In this document: positions 23,736 through 36,132 of the stretch, piece after piece | How the letters are laid out: every line of letters starts with the position of its first letter | Position numbering within the stretch: position 1 is the stretch's first letter | NCBI RefSeq assembly: GCF_902459465.1 | Contig: NC_047078.1 | Coordinates: 5,270,001-5,334,000 of the forward strand | DNA length: 64,000 bases | Direction: 5' to 3' | Source: Asterias rubens | Taxonomy: Eukaryota | Made by a program: the position numbers and the translations under genes | The notes under the pieces: generated by a model | The model's database searches: none | What the model saw: only the letters and a program-made list of their open reading frames with translations | Told to the model about the DNA's origin: nothing

Positions 23736-25190
23736 GTAGGAGCATTCATTTCCCTTTTGCCCTCACCATGGAATTCCGTGGAGGCCCAATGAGGGAACCT
23801 GGAGGATCCAAAATAATACCCCTTTCCACCCCCTCAATAATTGCATGTCATGTGCTTTTTGCCAAACAGCTCCTCTACGAGAAACACAAATTTCTTTAAC
23901 ATAAATTCTGCATTAATTAAATCATTTAGTGAAATAGACTCTGATAAAAGTGTCATGACATGACATGTTGTTTACTATAGTTTCCTAAGATGTGTGAAGT
24001 TTGCGGTTGTGCGCCTTGAGTTCTAGACTAGCCACTTCTACACACGAGTTCGTAAAGTTTTCAACGTTAGAGTTTACTCTCCAGATTCCCGTATTTTTCT
24101 CAAGTTTTATGCCGTTATAAGGTATGTAGATCTGACTTATCTATCGTAGGATTATTTCAGGATAAGGCAGGTTAGGTCTGTAGGTTTGCATTACTCCTTG
24201 TTAAGCTCTTTAGTGTAGGTTTAGATCGTTTGTTGGAAATTCCCAACTCAGTTCTGCCTAGTTGTATGCATTCAGCGTGTAGCCTGCGCCATGTTTAGGG
24301 TTGCTCTGATATTGCGTAGGAATTGCCCCTCTTTAGTTCTCATAAGTGCTGGTGGTTTAAATAACTAGGAGTTTAGGATTTATCTGCGATAGGTTCAGGT
24401 GTTTACTAATGTCCTTCTTAGTTGATTCCTTTTGGTGTATTTTGATATACGTGGCGATCGTTACAACGCACTACTTTTTGTTGTGATTGGTTGCAAGTTA
24501 GTATAGTGGTGCTACGGTCATTCAGTGACGCGGACAGATATTTGTCTGTGTAGGTTGGTGAGTCGCCGCCCAGAGTTAGTCTCGCTGCAGTCGTTTCTAG
24601 GCTTTAGCTAGGCCAGTGTAGTTAGGCTGTGTTTTTGCCTTTTTGGGTGATTTCTTGCCAGGCATTAGTGTAGTCAGAGTTTTCTAGGGTTTTGCACAAG
24701 TTCAGTTTAGCTAGATTAAGGAGATTTGTCTCAGTTTTGCATTATAGTGTGTACCTGTACTTATACAAGGTTTCTTTATTTTTCTTCTTGTTTCAGGATC
24801 ACACACAGTTGTTGAATACTACACATAATTGATACACAAGCAGCTTTCTTCGTCAATTTTATTGCAACAACGTGTTTAAACTTTACGAGCTCTTCACAAA
24901 AAGAAATGCAGTACACACTTTAACTTGTTTGTTGTCAATTTCAATTGGTTTTAATGGTTAAGGCCTAATTGTGTCATGCATTGAAAATTATGTGCTACTG
25001 TTACCATCTTGCCATACTACTTGTAATCACCTTGCTTGGTCAGAGTCGAGAATAAAAGTAATATTTCAAACACTCTTCACCTTTAAAAAGCATTTCACAG
25101 AAAAAGTTACAGAAATCTTTGTGTGAAATGTTTTTCAAGTCAAGATAACAGTATTCTTAAATTCACTATAATTGTTTGTACATATATATG

Positions 25191-25432
25191 GGCCCAATTT
25201 CATGAAGCCTTTAAGCACAAAATTTGCTTAGCATGAAATTTCTTCCTTGATGAAAGCAAGATTACCAGCCAAATTTGAATTTGTCGCGTATTGCTTGTTA
25301 CTGGCATTCGGCTGTTGTTTGCTTATACTGGAAATCGTGTGGAAATTTGGTTGGTAATCCTGTTTTTGTTAAGGAAGACATTTCATGCTAAGCAAATTTT
25401 TGTGCTAACAGCAGGCTTTATGAAATTGGGCC
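25191..25432. mobile_element. Harbinger-like MITE nested in the CCATGG element
   Basis: TIR GGCCCAATTTCAT(G/A)AAGCCT; ATG on both flanks (candidate 3-bp TSD). Confidence 0.75.
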
Positions 25433-25642
25433 ATGATCTTCATGAACTTCAAAGTTAATTCTAATTCCAATAATTGTTGCATCAGTATCAAATAAACGTG
25501 TTCCAGAGCACACTTGTAACTAAAGAATGATTGCATCTTTTGAATTAATATAGTTGCTTTCATAGGCCTAGTAAGTCAACCTACAAATGGAGTGCAGACC
25601 ATTATGGGGGTTCAAATAGAACCCCATGAGCTGTATTGGTTA

Positions 25643-26490
25643 AAAACACCATGGTGCCTGGGGAGCATGGGTAAAACTCCATGGGTATAAGGTAAAAAAA
25701 AACATGGGGTGCATGGGTAAAACCCCATGGGTATAGAGTAGAAAACACCTAGGGTAAAACCCCATGGGTATAGGGTAGAAAAAACCATGGGTAAAACCCC
25801 ATGGGTATAGGGTAGAAAAAAACCATGGGGTGCATGGGTAAAACCCCATGGGTATAGGGTAGAAAAACGCCATGGGGTGCATGGGTAAAACCCCATTGGG
25901 TTATGAGAGAAAACACCATGGGGAGTATGGGTAAAAACCCATGGGTATAGGGTAGAAAACACCATGGGGTGCATGGGTAAAAACCCATGGGTATAAGGTA
26001 GAAAACACCATGGGGTGCATGGGTAAAACCCCATGGTTATAGGGGGAAAAACACCATGGGGTGCATGGGTAAAAACCCATGGGTATAGGGTAGAAAACAC
26101 CATGGGTTGCATGGGTAAAACCCCATGGGTATAGGGGGAAAACACCATGGGGTGCATGGGTAAAACCCCATGGTTATAGGGGGAAAAACACCATGGGGTG
26201 CATGGGTAAAAACCCATGGGTATAGGGTAGAAAACACCATGGGTTGCATGGGTAAAACCCCATGGGTATAGGGGGAAAACACCATGGGGTGCATGGGTAA
26301 AAACCCATGGGTATAGCGGGAAAACACCATGGGGTGCATGGGTAAAACCCCATGTGAATCCATGGGAAATATCCCATGGGAAGTTCTCCCATGTATACAT
26401 GGGGTCCAATTTCTCCTTGGGTTTCCCATGGGGAATCGCCCATGGGAAATCATCATGGGTTTCCCATGGGAAAACACCATGGGAAAATTT
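25643..26490 (-). repeat. Right array, 45-46-bp unit (aaaacaccatggggtgcatgggtaaaaccccatgggtatagggtag)
   Basis: Many degenerate tandem units; explains the ORF at 25612-26667. Confidence 0.95.
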
Positions 26491-28442
26491 TGTAAGGGAT
26501 ATGACGAGATTGCAAGTCCTGACTGCAGATGCCAATGATGATGTGGTGTCTTCTGCGTCTAGTAGCTGCAGTGAAACTCCTGAAGCCATTGAATGGTAAG
26601 TTTTGCCTGATAGACATAAAAAGGATGTGTCCATCTTAAAAATCACCACAGGCAAGGCTTTAAACATTAAGTGAAGGCAGGGGCGGATCCAGAGTTGTTT
26701 GCATGTGGTCAGGTTTTTTTTTTATACTTTATGTCTGATAATAACACCCTATTATATTTTTTAATCATTTTTGTTTCGGCGCAGGGGGTACCCCCCCCCC
26801 CCCCTTTATTCGCACCGGATGGATTCTAATATACTGGCCAGTATAAATACAGATACTGTCAAGATGTATCTTGTGCAGTGTATTAATAAAGCTTAATATC
26901 TAAATAAAACGCTGTAAAATATAATCAGTCTCTAAAGTCTGTTTCTTCCTTTTTGTTATATTTTTACCTTTGTGGTGAATGAAAATTGAAACAAAATAAA
27001 CTAAAATCCTCTACAAAAATGGTGTCCATATTTTAATTGTCCAACTACGTTTTTTGTCATTTAATTTTTTCTGAGGGACCATTTAAAAAAAATAGTTGCT
27101 CAGTTAATGACATTGATTTGAAATCAAATATTTGTTGTTTTAATGTTATGTTTTCAGCAGCCCTACTTTGAGCACTGCAACTACAGCAAAGGCTTTTCGG
27201 GTGTGGCCAATCAAGTTCAACTTTCCGGTGTACGCTCTGCGTGCTGGAGTGCAGCAGAAGCTGCGAGGTGGTGAAAAGCTAGATAGGGGAAACAGAACAC
27301 AGATCACCGATGCTATTTATCAGGATGTGACAAAGTATACATAGTAAGTCTGAATAACTTACGTATTTTTCAAGTTGGACATAATCCTTCTTTTATGCAT
27401 ACATATGAGTCGAGCTAAATCAAGGGACCTGTAGTTCTACATTATCAACTGCCTCCATGCACTTTATTCTAAAGCAGCATCCTATTTCCTTACAAATGGC
27501 AAGTTCCACAACTGTACAATATTACAACACTTGTTTCATTCCATTTAGTTAGCAAAAGCACAAGAGGATCCCTGCAAGCAACTTGAAATGGAATTACATG
27601 TATCTCATTTTTTAAAACTTCACTTTTCAGGATTTTCAGGGCTTGCAATGAGTTTTCATGCTGAGTGGTGAATTTGATCCTTTAATTTCCCATTCAGGTT
27701 TGGCATTTAATTTTACTTCTTTTCAACAAAAGAGTGGCAATACACCGAGGTAGTCACAGCTTTCCTAGAGACGTTTCCAAAAGTGAAGTCCAATGACAAT
27801 TTGTCCATGGTAAGAGTTTAACATGTGGTTGAAGCATACACTCTTGCATTGCAGTATACAAAACTTATTATCATGTATTATTATTCTATATTTCTTGCAA
27901 TGAAATCTGAAAAACAAATAAAAACCAAACTAAGAGCACCTGGCGATCTTTAGTGAAACAGTCGTTGTTAAAATGAGTATAATTCAATTATCTTGTTTTC
28001 AGAGTCTGTGGCGTCAAAGGATTCAGTAGCGGTTTCAGAACGAAAGGAGAAGAAGGGATTATGTTCCAGGAAAACGCACACTTTCAGATAAAAATGCAAC
28101 AGCGGGACCACCTCAAAAGCAGAGTGACAAATTGATGTGGGGCCTAAAAAACTACATGAGTCAGCGACCGGAGGGCGAAGACGCTACCTCAATTGAAAGG
28201 CACAGAGCTGCAATGAAGACTGAACTCACAAAGAGGAACCCAGACCAAAGTCGGATCGATCGTCTAATGACCCTTACATTTGCTGATCGCAGGGACATCA
28301 TTGTGAAAAAAAATCCACTGATGGTGGAGATCAAAGCAGATTTTCCAGCCCTTCTTAAAGGGGGAAGTGAGGTAACTTTATGTTTTCTGAATGGCATGTC
28401 TTGAGCAAAGACATTTGGTATTTTTGGAAAGCATCAACATAT

Positions 28443-28505
28443 AGCCAGAATGCTCAATCGGTAGATCGCTAGTACATTAAATCACAGCCTCAAATTCAAA
28501 TCCCA
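28443..28505 (+). mobile_element. Degenerate tRNA-derived SINE head in an intron
   Basis: A-box-like tgctcaatcggtaga and B-box-like ttcaaatcc at tRNA spacing; no cloverleaf. Confidence 0.35.
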
Positions 28506-29012
28506 ATTTGGCAAAATTTATTTAATAAAATGTACATTGTATAAACACAAATATATATATAAAAAAAATAATAATAATAATAGTTTGTAATACAAGTGTT
28601 TGATGCATATGTTTGTTAATATGGACTGTTTGAGTACAAACTGCAGTATACATTGTACATAGGAAAAGCACAATTTTTCTGTACAGTTTAATATACTGTT
28701 CCAATTGCCAATTTTGTTTTGTTTATGTTGAGTTTTAATTATGTTTTATTTATGAATATTGTATCAATATTGTGCAGGTTCTGAAAGAGTTTAAGCCATA
28801 TCAACTGAAGAACTGGGGAAGAAACTGACAACTGGTTTGCAGAAGTACCACAAGCAGCTTTTTGCTCTAGCCAAAAAAGCAGGATCACACCATCATCAAG
28901 AAGCTGGTTGAATCTGCATCACTTGAAACAACTGAAGAAAACCGTCAGGGTAAGTGGTGACACATTGTGCATTTAAGCACTCGGCTTTCCGGGCTTTACT
29001 CAAAGTAATCTG

Positions 29013-29148
29013 CAGTGTTGTAGTCGAGTCACCTAGGTTAAGTCCGAGTCTGAGACCAAGTCTTTGGCCGACGTGACTCAAGTTGAGTCCAAGTCAGGGA
29101 AAATAATCGAGTCCGAGTCCTGGAATCGAGTCGACAGCTGACTCAACA
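29013..29148. mobile_element. hAT-like MITE fragment
   Basis: Starts cagtgttgtagtcgagtc and has repeated gagtc/gactc motifs. Confidence 0.35.
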
Positions 29149-31539
29149 GGTAGGATGATGAAAAGGTTGGAAGTGGTTTTCAGACACATAAGTATGGGCT
29201 GGAGTTTTCAAATTCATCGAACTGTTTGGAAACATTTTTTCAAATAGTGACATGCTCATAATCCCCATTCACCCTCCATCATACTTGCAAGTGAAGCTAT
29301 ATGAATGAATGTGCACATGTACTTAATCAAGTACAGGTGAAATTGCATCAGGATTTTCATTTTGCCAAATAATTTCCAGTCATCATTTCAGTGGTACACT
29401 CCAAACCTAGACTACATGAAGCATGATCCCGTTGCTCCTTTGGCCGGTACTTAAGAAGCCTCGGGGTTTTACTTGCAAGCCAATATGGGGGTTCATTGGT
29501 TGGTTTATTGCAACACGTTCACCGAATACTGGCCTTCATACATCCATGCATTTACTCACTCTCTGATATGTATTACTTTTTTTTCTCACACTTTTCAGTT
29601 GAAGATTCACAAACGCATCCTGTCATCCAACAACACGATGACACCACATTCAAGGTCATCATCGAAGAGGAGACCGTCATGAAGACCACACCCTTGTTTT
29701 CTGCATTTGAGGTGTACTTTGCATCGTTTTATGTTTTTAATTTGTCCTATCCCAAAAAGTTGAGGGAAGACACTGCAATTTTTCCAAAGGCCGGTCTTGA
29801 ACATTCAGGACAAAGAAAAAGTCAGCACTAGTGTGTGTGCCCCGCTTGAAACCGTATCTCAGTAATAACTGTTGTGACTACTTTCTGCATGTTCAATTAC
29901 TGACAGGACCAATAAAACAAGTTTTGAAAGTTATGTCAACAAAAGTGAACTTATCTTGCCAATTGTAAGCCCCGATGTCTAAACAAAATGTAATTCTTTT
30001 AAGCATATCTAGTTATTGTACCCTTGAAAAAAAAAATTGTGAAGAGTTTATTTCCAAAACGCCACATATTCAGCAGAAAATTGCACTACAAATTCTCATC
30101 TTGAATATTTTATGAACAAAAAGAAAGATAACTTTGATTACTTTACCATAACTGTTTGTATAACACTGTTTTTAAATCACATCTTTGTGTTTATTTAAAA
30201 AAAAAAATTATGACTGAGGGAAAAAAATAAGGTGTCTACCAAAAACAAAAAGAACAATTGGCATATATAGCATTTTGGAAACAAACTTTTCGTTTTTCCC
30301 TGTGAAAACATTCCATGTTAAATTTATGATTCTGGTTATTGTCAGCTGTGTGGCCAAAAATCTACTCTCTCTCAAAAAATAGAGATGTGTTTTTACTTCT
30401 GGAAGGGTTCTGGCTCTTTGAAGAGGTGTGGTTTCTATGCGAAGTAAGGAAAAACCAACCAATGATTGAAAGTTAGTCGTTACATTTTCGCCAGTGTTGT
30501 TGACTTTAATGCGAGGCCATGGACAGAAGGGTAACTGTTTTAGAAAACTTTTCGCCCAAAATAGTAAGTTTTAGAATATAGAGCCACCTCAAGTTCAAAT
30601 GCCAAGGAATTTCGTTGTGAAATATATGCCCAAATTCAGTGAACCAATATGTAAATCCTGACTAAGATCCTTCTTGTGACTTGAAAGGAATGGTCTGTTT
30701 AGCTGGCGAAATTATATTGTTGCAATAAGTTGTCTCCACCCTTTTAGAGTGCTGTTTAACTTGAAGAGCCATTCTAATGTTGTTGTTATAAAATAACAAT
30801 TTAAAGGGTTTTGGTACTTTTTGCACGACATAAAACACAATGTCCACAGATGAACATTAAACTAACAGGGTTTGAAAACAATGATGGTAGAAAGCTTTCC
30901 TAAAAATATTACTTGCTGAGGTACTGTCGTTTTTGACCTTATACCTTATTTTTTGCAGCTGAAGTTGCATGGAATAAATCAGATGTTGATATGTTATAAA
31001 TTCGTAATCATGTCACTTAAAATGAAAGGATAATTTGACCAATTTCTGTCGTGGTTTTGACGCACCGTTTGAGTTTGTGTTTTTGATCCTTGACGTGACG
31101 TGGAACCTGACGAATACGTAGAGTTACTGCTTGTTGAAGTTCAGAAGCTCGACCACTTAATGTGGAGCACCTTGTGTTTGACACTTTTCGAGGTCAGTGT
31201 TGCCACATTTCGTCGTTGACAAATTCCAATTTTATTCGGTGAATTACTGGTACCTTTACTTCAAAACTCTTGCCTTTTAATCTCTGCTAACGATTTCCGT
31301 GCTATGAAACATTCCCGATCCCCGAAAAAAAAAAAAAAAAAAAAAAACCGGTGATGTCCGGAAATTGGGCACAAAATGGGAGTACCGAAAACTTGGGCAT
31401 GTCGGGTAGCCTTTCTCTAAGACTAAGAGACCCTACCCCAATGAAGCCCAACAGGAAGAGCATAAGTATTAACCATGGAGGAATGGAGGAGTGAAATAAA
31501 GTTATTGTATTCCTCTTTGTATTAACAACAATTTCTACT

Positions 31540-34020
31540 ACCGTAGAATTCGACTCCGTGAATTCTTCCTCGACTCACCATCCATGGATCCTGAGCCATT
31601 TTATTGTAAGAGTAAATGGGTACCACCTAAGAACCGTGTTCCTTCCCTTGAAACTTACCTGCAGGTTGTTAGTTCACAAATTAATTCGAATGATCATTCT
31701 ACCCACAGGACTCATGACAACCTCCCTAGAGAAGAGCGTGAGGCTCTTAAGACTCTACGAGCACGGAAAGACATCATCATCAAGCCAGCCGACAAGCTGT
31801 TGTTGTCATGGGCCGTCAGCAATACATCGATGAAGCCATGAGACAACTGAACAACCAAACTAATTATAAACCACTTGACACTGATCCAACAGGCACCTTC
31901 TCAAAGGAGATTCAACAAACACTGGACGAAATGCATGACCGTGACAACCTAACCAAGAAAGCTCACAAGTTTCTCTCCCCGGTCGACTGTAGAACAGCCA
32001 GGTTTTACCTCCTTCCCAAGGTACACAAACCAGACAACCCAGGAAGACCCATCATTTTTGGCAATGGTTCCCCCACTGAAAACATCTTTCTTTTTGTTGA
32101 CAGTTTTCTCAACCCGTTAATGCCGCAGATTCCATCATTCATTCATGACACTCCAGATTTCCTCCGCAAAATCTCAGGTATTCAGAACCAGGTCCCAAAC
32201 ACAGCCATCATCGGTACTTTTGATGTAACCTCTCTATACACCAACATTCCCCAAGATGAAGGGATTGCTGCCTGCTCTTCAGCTCTGTCTAACAGTGGTC
32301 ACACATCACCGCCCATTTCTGACATAGTATCCCTCATGCAACATGTTTTAACAAAAAACAACTTTTCTTTCATGGGTAAGAATTTCCTACCGGTACAGGG
32401 CACTGCAATGGGCACACGTATGTCACCATCAATGGCGTGCCTTTTCATGAGCCATCTTGAACAGCTCATGTTGGCAACAGCCCCTTGCCGTCCCTGGGTC
32501 TGGTGGCGCTATATCGATGACATCTTTTTCATCTGGACAAGCAATGAAGCACGTCCCACAGCTTTCATTAATCACATGAATTCCTTCCACAGGACCATCA
32601 AATTCACGAGCGAATACTCAACCAAGGATACACATTTTCTGGATGTCAAGGTTCTCAAAACGGATGAAGGCTTAACCACAGATCTCTTCGTTAAACCCAC
32701 ATATAAACACCAATACCTACATTCCACGTATGTCAACCCGACACTGCAAAACCAGCATAGCCTACAGTCAGGCCCTCAGACTCCGTCGAATCTGTTCTAA
32801 TGATTCTGATTTTATCCACCACTCACAGGAACTTAAGAAACACCTTGTTTCCAGGGGTCATAGCTCTCTGGCAGTCCATCGAGCGATCCAGAATATCAAG
32901 GCTCGTTCTATAGGGAGTCAGTACTTTCCAAAGGACCCAAGAAACAACAGAGTCCTACGGGGAAAGTTCCTTTTGTTGTCACTTTCCACCCCTAACTTCC
33001 TCCCATTCGTAAAATAACCAGTTCGAACCATCATATTCTTCACACCTCAGATCGACTTCAACCTCAGATCGACTATACAGGAAGAACCCATAGTTGCCTA
33101 CAGACGCCCACCAAGTCTCAGGGATCTTATTGTCCGAGCAGAAGTCCCTCCCATTAATGATGATGTTAATCCCCCTCTACCACAGGGAACTTTTAGGTGT
33201 TCCAACATCTCCAAATGCATCGTCTGTAGACAACACATCAGGAACTCGGACTCCTTCACCAGTAACACCGGCGGTACCGCCCATAAGACGAGGGGTTATG
33301 TCACCTGCACCACCACTTATCTCATTTATCTCATATCTTGCAGAGTCTGTGGTGTTCAATATATAGGTAAAACAAGAACTACATACACTCAAGAGGCGTT
33401 TCTACGGCCACATGTCTAAAGTCAAGACCCAAAAGCTAGATACACCTGTAGGACATCACTTTAATCTTCCTAATCACTCAATTTCTGACATGATCTTACA
33501 GGGCATAGAGGCACTAGGCAACCACAGAGAGACTGTGCGTTTGAGTAGGGAGAAACTCTGGATTAGACGCCTCCTGACCATTCAACCCCATGGTCTGAAC
33601 ATCCAAGAAGGAATCGACTAATAAACCTTTTGTTTTGCCGTCTCCTTTTTCCCCACAGCCTTTTAGCCTGAGCCTCATTCACTAATCAATTACTTTTTTA
33701 CCCCACCTCCCCACCCTTGATATTGTCCTTTGTGTTTCTATCTTCTTGTGGTCAAGCCAGCCCCTTCCCCCCCCCCTTTTGTCCCCTATTCACTGTTTAC
33801 CCCTTGCTTTTTCTGTATGCTTTCTAACCCCATTCATGTATTTCCACCTCACTGCTTATGTTTCACCTAGTTACCTGTTCATGTTTGTTGTGTTGTCATT
33901 TAGCCTTCGAGAAAGACTCTGCAGGGTCGAAACGTCAGGCCATTAACTTATTTTTTTGCATTTATACTCTCGGTCCATTTGGTTGGTAAGTTGTTTGCAA
34001 CAGCTAATTCTATTTTCTAA
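31540..34020 (+). mobile_element. Penelope-like retroelement (Neptune-type), 5'-truncated and frameshifted: RT plus Cys linker plus GIY-YIG endonuclease
   Basis: RRIRLREFF; DIIIKPADK; FYLLPKVHK..PGRPI; DVTSLYTNIP; GTAMGT; WRYIDDIFFIW; linker C-x4-C-x2-C; LIYLISCRVCGVQYIGKT (GIY-YIG); PVGHHFN; REKLWIRRL...PHGLN; stop at 33621. Frameshifts near 31795, 32730, 32900-33070 and 33385. Confidence 0.92.
33903..33940 (+). ncRNA. Minimal type-I hammerhead ribozyme variant in the PLE 3' repeat
   Basis: GCCU-UCGAGAA-A-GACUC[UGCA]GGGUC-GAAA-CGUC-AGGC: 4-bp stem I, 5-bp stem II, loopless ACGU stem III; core U3/A8 replaces C3/G8; predicted cut after C33936. Confidence 0.7.
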
Positions 34021-34491
34021 AAAATAAACTATCATAAAATACAATCAATGAGTTCAACAATTAATGACAAAGTGATTGTAAATATGGATAATAAGGGTTT
34101 ATTATAAATCAATTCTAAAATGTTTACTTGGACTACGTTGGAATTTTTAATGCTCTATTCAAGTGTCATTAGGGAACACTTCAAACATTCCCTTTTTTTT
34201 TTTTTTTTTTTTTAGACTGACAAGTTTCACACTTTTGTGGTATGCTTAAGTGTAAACAATGTTGATGACAGACTAGCTACTTCAAAATATCAAAGTAGGT
34301 CATTTTTATATCCAGGTTTTCATTATATTTCCGGTTGGTTACAAACGTGACCGACATATTTTTGACAGTTGTTGAGTTTGTTTGTTGTTTTAGAAAATTT
34401 ATATCAGAAACATTCCTTGGCGTTATTGCATAAATTATAGAAAAAAATTTGAAAATTGTTGACATATATTTATTTTATCCTTCATTAGGCA

Positions 34492-35390
34492 ATGTCCACT
34501 GGTCTCACAGAACACATAAGTGGACATCCTAGGAGCAAAACAGGATGTATCTGTACCTGCCCTGCACAAACTTAAATGTCATGAGTTGAAGTTTTGGCTT
34601 CAATGCCGTGGAGATTCCTGCAAAGGCCTGAAAACCAAGGCACAGCTGATACAGAGGTATGTATGCTGAAGAAAAAATACACCACATTTGATGCTGGTCA
34701 AAACTAGTGAATGCCATGTGTTTGTGGGAAAGGGAGGTTTAGGGTATACATGTAATATTAGTCAATGGCCAAGGTTAGAGTAACTGCCTAGAAGGGATAC
34801 AGGGGAGAAAGACTTAAGGCTGTCATGAGGGGGTAATCTGTTATTGGGAGGGGATGAGGGAAAGGGCTCTTACAGCTGCCCCCCCCCCCCCCATGACATG
34901 CCTGCAGCTAGCAGCATGTATTTCTTTGAGAAAGTATTGGGGAAAATATCAGATGACAAGTGCAATCTTGTTTGCATGAATTAAAGTCTGTATTTGATAT
35001 GTTTTTTCATCTTTTCTTATTTGCTATTTTAGAATTCAACAGACTGTTTCAAATGGCAAGCATTCTACAGTCATTGATCCCACCCCACATAAGCATTGAG
35101 AGAGTCTCACGGCACAAAGGGTACCAACTGGGCCTATATGCACCATACACTCTGCTGACCCTATTCCCAAGAAAGGATCATACCACCAGTGGGGCAGTTC
35201 TACTGACTGGGGAAAGAGGCTTGAAAGCCTTCCAGACCTTACACGGCGAGAAATAGATCTGCACATAGACACTGTGAACATGAGAATTAGGCCACAGAAG
35301 GACTTGACTCGAGTGTCAAAACCTGTAATCCGTGGTGCACACCTCAATTCAGAGACTATTTCAACGCACTCAGATGAAAACAAACCAAAA
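34492..35390 (+). pseudogene. ISL2EU-type second ORF, N-terminal part (SAP-like domain), truncated
   Basis: Exon to 34656 reads DILGA...LKCHELKFWLQCRGDSCKGLKTKAQLIQR|gtatgt. It splices in frame to an exon from 35033 (IQQTV...IDPTPHKH*ES...WGKRLESLPDLTRREIDLHI). SWIM and YqaJ parts are absent. Confidence 0.55.
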
Positions 35391-36132
35391 CGGTTAAAAA
35401 AATGCTCAGCAAGCCAATTATAACACTTTAGTTAACCCTCATATTTATTCAGGCCTTGCATTACAAAGCATCACACAAAACATTCTTTGACATGAATGAA
35501 TGCTCCAAAATAATTCTTTTCTGAAAGGTTTGCTGAAATACAAATTGATTATCCTTTAATTTTGCATCTTGTATTCTTTATACAATAATTCAGTTGGAAA
35601 AAATAATTTTGCACATTCCTGTGTATTTTAAAATAGTTAATTTTCTTTAAAATATAGTCTTGCTGAGTGCTGAGTGCTGACAAATACATGTAGCTGGATT
35701 CTAAATGTGAAGTCATCATTACACAATAATACTGATAGGTTATTCCAGAGAACAATTGTTCTGGGACAGGGTCTTCCAAAACAATGAAAAATACCTGTTC
35801 TTTATATTAGAAAAAACACTTGCGATGACTTATTATGTAATGCATGTGACCTCACGTTGAGAATTCAGCCATACATTATATCAGCAAGTGGCCAAATTAT
35901 TATAGCGTTACTGAAGACTATTATAAAAAAAAAGAAGTAAATCATTTAAAAGTACACAGGAATGTACAACATGATTTTACTAACAAAGGAAATATAGGTG
36001 TAACATAAAAGCACCATTACTTAGTATTTTAACAAACCTTTAAGTAGTATTTAAATAAAAGGCATGAGAGTGCTATGTATAAAATGAATATCAGTGAGTT
36101 TGTCTGTATCTTTTTACAAGGAATGGTTTGTT

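Larger units (their letters stand above)
22796..26498. mobile_element. Unclassified 3.7-kb non-autonomous TIR element with long CCATGG-rich subterminal arrays
   Basis: Inverted ends CCCTTACAAAA(A/T)T(G/T)TCCCATGG; ATATG directly outside both ends (22791-22795, 26499-26503). Confidence 0.75.
26529..29831 (+). pseudogene. SAMD3-like multi-exon accessory gene of the EnSpm element
   Basis: GT-AG exons ~26529-26595, 27158-27343 (WPIKFNFP...TDAIYQDVTKYT), ~27730-27809, 28003-28371 (WGLKNYMSQRPEGED...TFADRRDII...FPALL; TAG at 28027), 28778-28949 (frameshifted) and 29599-29831 (YFASFYVFNLSYPK). The first two exons splice in frame. Confidence 0.75.

Noticed and set aside
22784-23899. Overlapping 100-309-aa ORFs rich in H/P/G/W/M
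   Set aside because: By-product of a 51-bp (multiple-of-three) stop-free tandem unit open in several frames on both strands.
25612-26667. 351-aa ORF on the minus strand
   Set aside because: Read-through of the 45-46-bp array; periodic and low complexity, with no domain.
28443-28505. tRNA gene
   Set aside because: Only degenerate A and B boxes with no acceptor or anticodon stems; kept as a low-confidence SINE relic.
26529-29831. Functional host SAMD3 gene
   Set aside because: In-frame stop and frameshifts, no SAM domain seen, and linked to an EnSpm transposase.
31540-33621. Selenocysteine or programmed recoding in the PLE ORF
   Set aside because: The linker and GIY-YIG cysteines are TGT/TGC with no in-frame TGA, and the several irregular frameshifts and motif substitutions indicate decay.
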